64,000 nucleotides of DNA from an uncultured Granulosicoccaceae bacterium (GTDB lineage: Bacteria; Pseudomonadota; Gammaproteobacteria; Granulosicoccales; Granulosicoccaceae), in contig CALJAA010000006.1 in the NCBI GenBank assembly GCA_938028465.1, positions 14,722 through 78,721 on the forward strand, read 5' to 3'. The stretch's first letter is position 1. Every line of letters begins with the position of its first letter. Made by a program: the position numbers and the translations under genes. This document shows, piece after piece, positions 57,949 through 64,000 of the stretch. The notes beneath the pieces were generated by a model. The model had not been told where the DNA came from, did not search any database, and saw only the letters and a program-made list of their open reading frames with translations.

Positions 57949-58685
57949 TCGCAGATATTCGTCGCAGCGTTTTCCTTGCTGGAGCGCGAGATACCATCCC
58001 AATGATCGTTGGTGCCATTCCATTCGGAATTCTGTTTGGCACACTCGGTATATCGGCAGGTTTGTCATGGTGGGCCGTCATGGCTATGAGCTTGTTTGTT
58101 TATGCAGGCTCTTCGCAATTTGTGGCTGCATCCTTAGTATCTCAAGGTGTGAGCGGAATTGTTATTGTTGTTACTACATTTGTTGTGAATCTTCGTCATG
58201 GCTTGTACGCAGCATCCGTAGGGCGCTACTTATCAGGATTACCACGGCGTTGGTTATTGCCGATGGGCTTTGCTTTGACTGACGAAACCTATGCGATTGC
58301 CATCAAGCGTTTCGAAACCGATGGTGATGTAGATGGGCGTCGCTGGTATTACGCTGGGTCTGCCTGCCTAATGTACGGTAATTGGCAGGTGTGCACAGTA
58401 CTGGGTATCTTGTTTGGGCAACGCTTGGCAAGCTTCGGAGATTTAGGCTTAGAGTTTGCGATGGTCGTGACCTTCATTGGCATTGTCGTACCCTTGATAC
58501 GCAGCTATCCGATGTTGATATGCGCTGTGGTTGCCAGCGGCGTCTCAGTAGTACTTAATTTTTTACCGCATAAACTAGGCTTGTTTGCGGGGTCTATAGC
58601 GGGCATTTCAGTTGGTTTTCTGCTCCATCAATGGCGCTTAATACAAGCATCTTCACAACCAAAACAGGGCTTACGTGATGAGTGA
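57945..58685 (+). CDS. azlC: AzlC-family branched-chain amino acid exporter subunit
   Basis: FGILFG, YAGSSQF, VNLRH, LTDETYA. Confidence 0.9.
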   Translation: MIADIRRSVFLAGARDTIPMIVGAIPFGILFGTLGISAGLSWWAVMAMSLFVYAGSSQFVAASLVSQGVSGIVIVVTTFVVNLRHGLYAASVGRYLSGLPRRWLLPMGFALTDETYAIAIKRFETDGDVDGRRWYYAGSACLMYGNWQVCTVLGILFGQRLASFGDLGLEFAMVVTFIGIVVPLIRSYPMLICAVVASGVSVVLNFLPHKLGLFAGSIAGISVGFLLHQWRLIQASSQPKQGLRDE

Positions 58686-59001
58686 CATAGAGCAGATATT
58701 ACTCATCGTTGGCATGATGGTCGTCACCTTTGGCGTGCGTTATCCGATCTTGTCCCTTAGCGGCCGAGTCGAACTACCCGAATGGTTACAAACGGCATTA
58801 AGTTTTGTACCCGTTGCAGTATTGTCGGCGCTATCTGCGCCGATATTGTTGATGCCTGAAGGGCAGCTTACGATCGCTTTTAGTAACGAGTACTTAATGG
58901 CCGGGCTATTTTCGATTGCAATAGCGGCGCTTTCCCGTCATTTGCTACTGACTATCGCCAGCGGTATGGCGGTGTTTCTTTGTTTACGATTTTTGTTTTA
59001 G
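58678..59001 (+). CDS. azlD: AzlD-family exporter subunit
   Basis: VTFGVRYP, LSFVPVAVLSAL; overlaps azlC end. Confidence 0.88.
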   Translation: MSDIEQILLIVGMMVVTFGVRYPILSLSGRVELPEWLQTALSFVPVAVLSALSAPILLMPEGQLTIAFSNEYLMAGLFSIAIAALSRHLLLTIASGMAVFLCLRFLF

Positions 59002-60150
59002 GGTTAAACCGGAGTCGGCGGCCTGCAAGGTAGCATTGCCGTTGAGCAGTGCCGTAAAATCCTCAAGTAACAATGGCGCACGCCAACCTGCTAGTGCATC
59101 TTTGGGTGACTCGGTGACGCTTTGCTCGAGCAGTTTTTGTGGAGCGAGGATACTGGTCGCGATATTTAGCTCATGCGCTTTATGATGTGCCCAAGCATTG
59201 AGTAACTGAACTTGCGCTTGGCTTGCGGCACTGAGTTTTTTCTTCTTCTTTGATTCGGGTAGTGGTATCGGCGCAGTATCTTTAGCGTCACTCACGATTT
59301 GCAAAATCTCTTTGCCGTAACGATCCTGTGTTTTACGCTCTAGGGTGCGGATGTGAGAGAGCTCGTCTTCGTTTGCGGGCTTTTGTTGAGCGAGTGTGCA
59401 AATGGCATCATCCTTTATTATCCAATTGCGCGGTAAGTCTTTTTCACGGGCTTTGATTTCTCGCCACTTTGCTAGAGCTTGAATGATGGCTAGTGTTCCA
59501 CCCTTATACCGCTGAATTTGTTTGACCCGTAGCCATCGATCCCCGGCATTTTGTTGATATTTTTTAGGATCGGATTGTTGTGCAAACTCTGGAGCAAGCC
59601 ATTCGAGGCGATTGAGATCTTGTAGCTGACTAGACATCAACTTATATAGTTGCTCAAGATAAATAACGTCATCAAGCGCATAGCTGAGTTGCTTATCTGA
59701 TAGTGGGCGTTGAGTCCAATCGGCGCGGGTTTGCGATTTATCCAGTTCCAGTTTAAGGATTTCTTTTACTAGGTTGCCATAACCTATCTGGTCGTTATAG
59801 CCGAGCAGCGGGGCAGCGATTTGCGTATCAAAAAGTGGCGTGGGTAATCGCTTAAATAGATAGTAAAAGATTTCGAGATCTTGCGACGCGGCATGAAACA
59901 CCTTGGTAATAGCAGGATTGTCCATAACGCTGAGTAACGGGTTTAAATCTTTGATCGCAATCGCATCCACGCATGCCAGGTGTTCTTCACATTTGATCTG
60001 TATCAGGCACAGTTGCGGCCAGTAGGTTCGCTCTCGCAGAAACTCAGTATCAATAATGATGTGTTGGCGGGTACTGATGGCATCGCAAAATACTTGCAGT
60101 GCTTCAGGCGTTTTTATGTACTGGTGTTCAGGCAAGGCCACGATAGTCAT
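58984..60150 (-). CDS. rnd: Ribonuclease D
   Basis: DTEFLRERTYWPQLCLIQ, FDTQIAA, DWTQRPL, YALDDV, HRDC domain. Confidence 0.95.
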   Translation of the reverse strand: MTIVALPEHQYIKTPEALQVFCDAISTRQHIIIDTEFLRERTYWPQLCLIQIKCEEHLACVDAIAIKDLNPLLSVMDNPAITKVFHAASQDLEIFYYLFKRLPTPLFDTQIAAPLLGYNDQIGYGNLVKEILKLELDKSQTRADWTQRPLSDKQLSYALDDVIYLEQLYKLMSSQLQDLNRLEWLAPEFAQQSDPKKYQQNAGDRWLRVKQIQRYKGGTLAIIQALAKWREIKAREKDLPRNWIIKDDAICTLAQQKPANEDELSHIRTLERKTQDRYGKEILQIVSDAKDTAPIPLPESKKKKKLSAASQAQVQLLNAWAHHKAHELNIATSILAPQKLLEQSVTESPKDALAGWRAPLLLEDFTALLNGNATLQAADSGLTLKQKS

Positions 60151-60233
60151 TTAGCGTTTGTAATAGGGGGGTATATAACAATAGGGCAGTGTATACCCAT
60201 CTCTGTCAATGTGAAACAGCATTGAGTGTTAGC

Positions 60234-63200
60234 TTAAAAAGAAAACGAATAAAATAGATCGACTGCATCTTCAATGCCGCGGGCGGCTTCTAAATAGAGT
60301 TTCTTGGTAATGTCGTAGCGTAGATACAGTGTACGGCCGGGTTCAAACACGTTTTGGCCGTAGCGCAGTAATAATCTGTCGTTTAACCTGCCGCTCACGA
60401 TAAGTTCTGTATCATCTCCTTTTCCGCGCGCATCAAGTTCGAATTCCTTTATGCCTAAACCGTCGGCAATCGATTTGCCCACTTTGTTTCCACCCTTTAA
60501 GGTCAGCGCCAAAGCAGCGGATGCCAACAAGGATGATTCTTGATCGCTAGCTTCAGCGATATCCCGTCCCAATACAATATAAGACAAGATCGCTTCTTGG
60601 GATTTGTCTGCTGGGTCAGTGAATAGGGTGACCTCTGGATCAGAGAGTTTTCCAGCTAGATGTAAGCCAGCCTTACGCTCATTATCTTCGCCCTCGATTT
60701 CCCTCACGGCATTCATATCCAGACTTGTTTGATCAATGGGGCCGACAAACAGAATCTGCCCATCTTCAATGGTTAAATTTTGCCCGTAACTTTTGTATAC
60801 ACCTCTAACGATACGGAGCTCCCCACCTAACTGCACGGGGTTGGGCGTATTAATCCGGATCGTCATGTCGCCGGCGAGTGATGCGTCGAGACCGTATCCG
60901 CTTAATTGCACATCGTCACCAAGGCTCACATCAATCTTGATGCGCGCAACAATGTTGTTATCTTCGAGCTCTTGCTTGCGCGCTGCATCCTTAACTTGAT
61001 CCTCAATAATGATGATGTCGGGGGATAGGGTTGTAGCGCCCTTGGGTATCTCTTTGATGTTGATGCGGGCACTGGGTACGGTAACTTTACCCGTAATGTC
61101 AACAGTGCCTGGGCGAAGAGAAATCGTGATGTCGGGGTTTACTGAGGATTCAGTAATTGGATTTTGGATAACCGATAAATTTTTGCCGGTAATGTTGAGA
61201 ACCCCTGACCACTCAGCAAGTTCTCGCCAATTTGCGTTGCCTTCTACATCAAGTATACCTTCACCACTTTCAAGCTCACCAAATATAAATGCGCGTGAGC
61301 CTTTAATCCGTGTGGTTATATCGCCGCCAGTGATGGACAGCGGTAAAATTTCGGCAGCCAATTGCAAGTTGTTTAAATGAACATTTCCGTCAAATTTCGG
61401 GTCACTTAAACTTCCACTGATTTCGCCATCGGCTTTAATCACACCTTCGATAGTTTGGAACTCTGGTAAGAACGCTTTAACGATACTTACCGATAGGCCG
61501 TCTAGGCTAACCCTACCTGAAATGTCTTTTGTCTCAGAGCTTGGGTTCATATTGAACAAGATGTTAGCGTTGCCCATCGTGCTCGAGTCAACGGTGAGCG
61601 AAGCATCAATGTTTTCGGCAGTGGCTTCAGTTTTTACCCCAAAGGATTTGTATTCAAATTCGGCGCGCCGGCCATTCGCATCCGTCACTCTAATCGTGCC
61701 GTTTTCGATTTTGGCATCCAGCACAGCTGAGTATCCACCGGGGTATTCGCTACCCCAATAGAGTGTTGTATCAGCGGTAAACACGCCTTTGAGTTTTGAT
61801 ACTGCTGGCAAAAACAAGTTGAGCTGTTCTAGCTTGTAGTTATTCACCACCACGTTTGCGTTACCTGATTCGGTTGATTTAACGGGATTTTCCAAACACA
61901 CAGAAGCATCTACACTAATCCAGCAGTGGGGATCTACAGTAAATAGTGCCTGCTGCTGTTGCCAGCTCATCGCAAGTGGTTTTTGTAAGTGAAGGTTATG
62001 TCCTGGTAATTCGATCTTGGTTTTATCGAGCGAACCACTCCAGTCGAAATTGTCTTTCAGGCTTCCACTTGCTAACAAGTCAAGGCTAGTTTTGGATGGC
62101 CCATCAAAAAAGGTACTAAGCGTATGGGCTGCACGAGTGCCTTTGAGTTTAAGGGCAATGTTGCTTAATTGATTGGTGCCTTGGTTTAAGTTATCGGCTG
62201 TTATGGATAATGAGCTTGTTTTTTCTCCAGCTGATACAACATTGGCGTTTATCTTCAAGCCACGTAGTAGTAAATCATTGAGTTTTATGACCGCTGCGTT
62301 GGCATCAAGAGTGATGTCCGGTGCTTCGAGAGCACCGCTCACTTTGCCATTAGCCTTAAAACCCCCTGCAAGCCCCGGTAAAAAGTTTTGTAATTGTGGC
62401 AAGTTTGCATCGATAACCATGTTCCATTGTTGATCGATACTTCCTGTTGTTTCTAAATGGTTACCATCGTTGTCCAGCGTAAATTGCTCAACTGAAAGAA
62501 CATTATCTAGGCTCTTGTTTAGTTTTGAGCTAACAGTAAAGGGTAGGCCACGTAGTTCGCCGTCAAGATCTCCTCGCGTTAAGTCTATCGACCACCGTTG
62601 GTTGACGATCTCACCTGATGCAACGAAATTACCATTTAGATTGCCGGGTATTTCAGATTGATAAACGCCAGGGTTAATATCTGCAAATTCCAAATTGGCT
62701 ACCCATGTGAGCGTCTCACCTAACAGCAAGCCACCTTTACCTGTCACAGTGCCGTCGAGGGTGTTGAGTGCAATTTTAGGAAGCAGTACTTTTTCCGGAT
62801 TAGCAAAACCTCTTATCGAGACACTACTTTTTGGAATAGCCTCTCCTTCGATGTCCCCGCTTAACGCTATCTCGTAATCCTCAAGGTTGCCCTCGATAGC
62901 AAGATCGATGTTGCTTAGCTTTGCCAGATCCTCCGTATCTACCGGCCAGCCAGCATTAGCTACTTTTAGCCGCAGCTGCGCCGGTAGAGCTTTATCTAAG
63001 GGGGCAACGATGCCATTTAGGCTTGCCTGCACTGGGCTTTGGATAGTCGAATTGATATGCAGTTTTTCTAGGCTATTAGAGAGCGTGGTACGCGCCCTTA
63101 GCTCTATGTTTTCTGCAATTTCCGATACGACGGTTGTGATATCTAAGCTAAGCGGATAACCGGCACTTAATTCAATATCGCCATTAAGGGTGGTGGTGAT

Positions 63201-63755
63201 ATTTTGATAGCGCGCTTGTAAATGATGAATAGTGACCATGTCATCCTGCGCCGTCATAGCCAGCCGAATGTTCTCCACAATTTGTATCGGGGCGTTGTCG
63301 CCCGGAGGCTTGATACGCAACTGCTTTATTAGTACCGTTTCTGCATTAAACGATAAGGGTAGATTTATCTCGGGTAGGGTGATGTTTTCACGTGGGCCAT
63401 TTTCAACAGGTTCATTTGCTGCAAATAGCTCAACGTCTACTTGATCGATAATTGCTTGTTCTATTTTGAGCTTACGTCCAAATAGTTCGCTACTCCACCG
63501 GGATTTAATACCGCTAGCTTGCAACGTTAGTTGTTCATTCTCATAAACGAGGGAGGATGTTTTAATGCCGTCTAACAAGTTTCCTTCGACGTTTACTAAG
63601 GTGAGCCCAGGTATGCGTTGGTTTAATTGATCGCTGGTGAGTTTGAAGCCACTCTCCGTACCAATGAGTGCATAGGTCAGCATAATAGTAAGCGCCATTA
63701 AGCACAGCACGAACACCAAGAAGTACCACGACCATTTGAGGAGGCTGCGGATCAC
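60234..63755 (-). CDS. tamB: Translocation and assembly module TamB
   Basis: N-terminal TM, long beta-rich region, C-terminal DUF490-like GVYKSYGQNL...DLFYSFSF. Confidence 0.92.
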   Translation of the reverse strand: MIRSLLKWSWYFLVFVLCLMALTIMLTYALIGTESGFKLTSDQLNQRIPGLTLVNVEGNLLDGIKTSSLVYENEQLTLQASGIKSRWSSELFGRKLKIEQAIIDQVDVELFAANEPVENGPRENITLPEINLPLSFNAETVLIKQLRIKPPGDNAPIQIVENIRLAMTAQDDMVTIHHLQARYQNITTTLNGDIELSAGYPLSLDITTVVSEIAENIELRARTTLSNSLEKLHINSTIQSPVQASLNGIVAPLDKALPAQLRLKVANAGWPVDTEDLAKLSNIDLAIEGNLEDYEIALSGDIEGEAIPKSSVSIRGFANPEKVLLPKIALNTLDGTVTGKGGLLLGETLTWVANLEFADINPGVYQSEIPGNLNGNFVASGEIVNQRWSIDLTRGDLDGELRGLPFTVSSKLNKSLDNVLSVEQFTLDNDGNHLETTGSIDQQWNMVIDANLPQLQNFLPGLAGGFKANGKVSGALEAPDITLDANAAVIKLNDLLLRGLKINANVVSAGEKTSSLSITADNLNQGTNQLSNIALKLKGTRAAHTLSTFFDGPSKTSLDLLASGSLKDNFDWSGSLDKTKIELPGHNLHLQKPLAMSWQQQQALFTVDPHCWISVDASVCLENPVKSTESGNANVVVNNYKLEQLNLFLPAVSKLKGVFTADTTLYWGSEYPGGYSAVLDAKIENGTIRVTDANGRRAEFEYKSFGVKTEATAENIDASLTVDSSTMGNANILFNMNPSSETKDISGRVSLDGLSVSIVKAFLPEFQTIEGVIKADGEISGSLSDPKFDGNVHLNNLQLAAEILPLSITGGDITTRIKGSRAFIFGELESGEGILDVEGNANWRELAEWSGVLNITGKNLSVIQNPITESSVNPDITISLRPGTVDITGKVTVPSARINIKEIPKGATTLSPDIIIIEDQVKDAARKQELEDNNIVARIKIDVSLGDDVQLSGYGLDASLAGDMTIRINTPNPVQLGGELRIVRGVYKSYGQNLTIEDGQILFVGPIDQTSLDMNAVREIEGEDNERKAGLHLAGKLSDPEVTLFTDPADKSQEAILSYIVLGRDIAEASDQESSLLASAALALTLKGGNKVGKSIADGLGIKEFELDARGKGDDTELIVSGRLNDRLLLRYGQNVFEPGRTLYLRYDITKKLYLEAARGIEDAVDLFYSFSF

Positions 63756-64000
63756 AAGTCAGGCCCTAATGAGATATGGAGCCTTGGAGAATCGAAATTC
63801 TCATCGTCAACCGGCATTGCAACATCGAGCCGGAACGGCCCAACAGGCGATTGCCAGCGTATACCCACGCCTGCGCCGGTTCGGTATCTCTCGCTAAAAC
63901 TGTCAAATGCACGGCCCGTATCCGCGAAAGCTGCGACGCTCCAAGCATCATTTAGTCGGTAATTGTATTCCAAGCTAACCACTTCTAAATAGCGACCACC
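63752..64000 (-). CDS. tamA: TamA (Omp85 family), C-terminal part only
   Basis: GAGVGIRWQSPVGPFRLDVA...LHISLGPDL; overlaps tamB start. Confidence 0.9.
   Translation of the reverse strand, partial: GGRYLEVVSLEYNYRLNDAWSVAAFADTGRAFDSFSERYRTGAGVGIRWQSPVGPFRLDVAMPVDDENFDSPRLHISLGPDL

Overview
A 64-kb bacterial chromosomal window, probably a marine Gammaproteobacterium (Granulosicoccaceae-like gene mix; inferred, not verified). Housekeeping genes sit at both ends (GDPD, ttcA, rimO, murB, cmoAB, rnd, tamAB). The middle holds a roughly 36-kb Wzx/Wzy-type exopolysaccharide region (18.2-53.9 kb, with a few unrelated genes interspersed). No rRNA, tRNA or CRISPR array was seen. Two observations stand out. 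(1) The 8-bp target duplication (AAAGAGAT) of an IS66 does not flank the IS itself. It flanks a 6.4-kb unit that ends at a second, solo right end and carries a 1057-aa secreted PKD/thrombospondin-3-repeat protein. (2) An IMPase / methylthioribose-kinase / nucleotidyltransferase operon lies inside the EPS region with no mtnA beside it, suggesting activation of a methylthio- or deoxy-pentose for glycan decoration. The EPS region also encodes three PL14-like lyase paralogues, a WecA plus Alg14/Alg13-like pair and a composite OPX/beta-barrel exporter. All family calls come from motif recognition by eye; no database searches were run.
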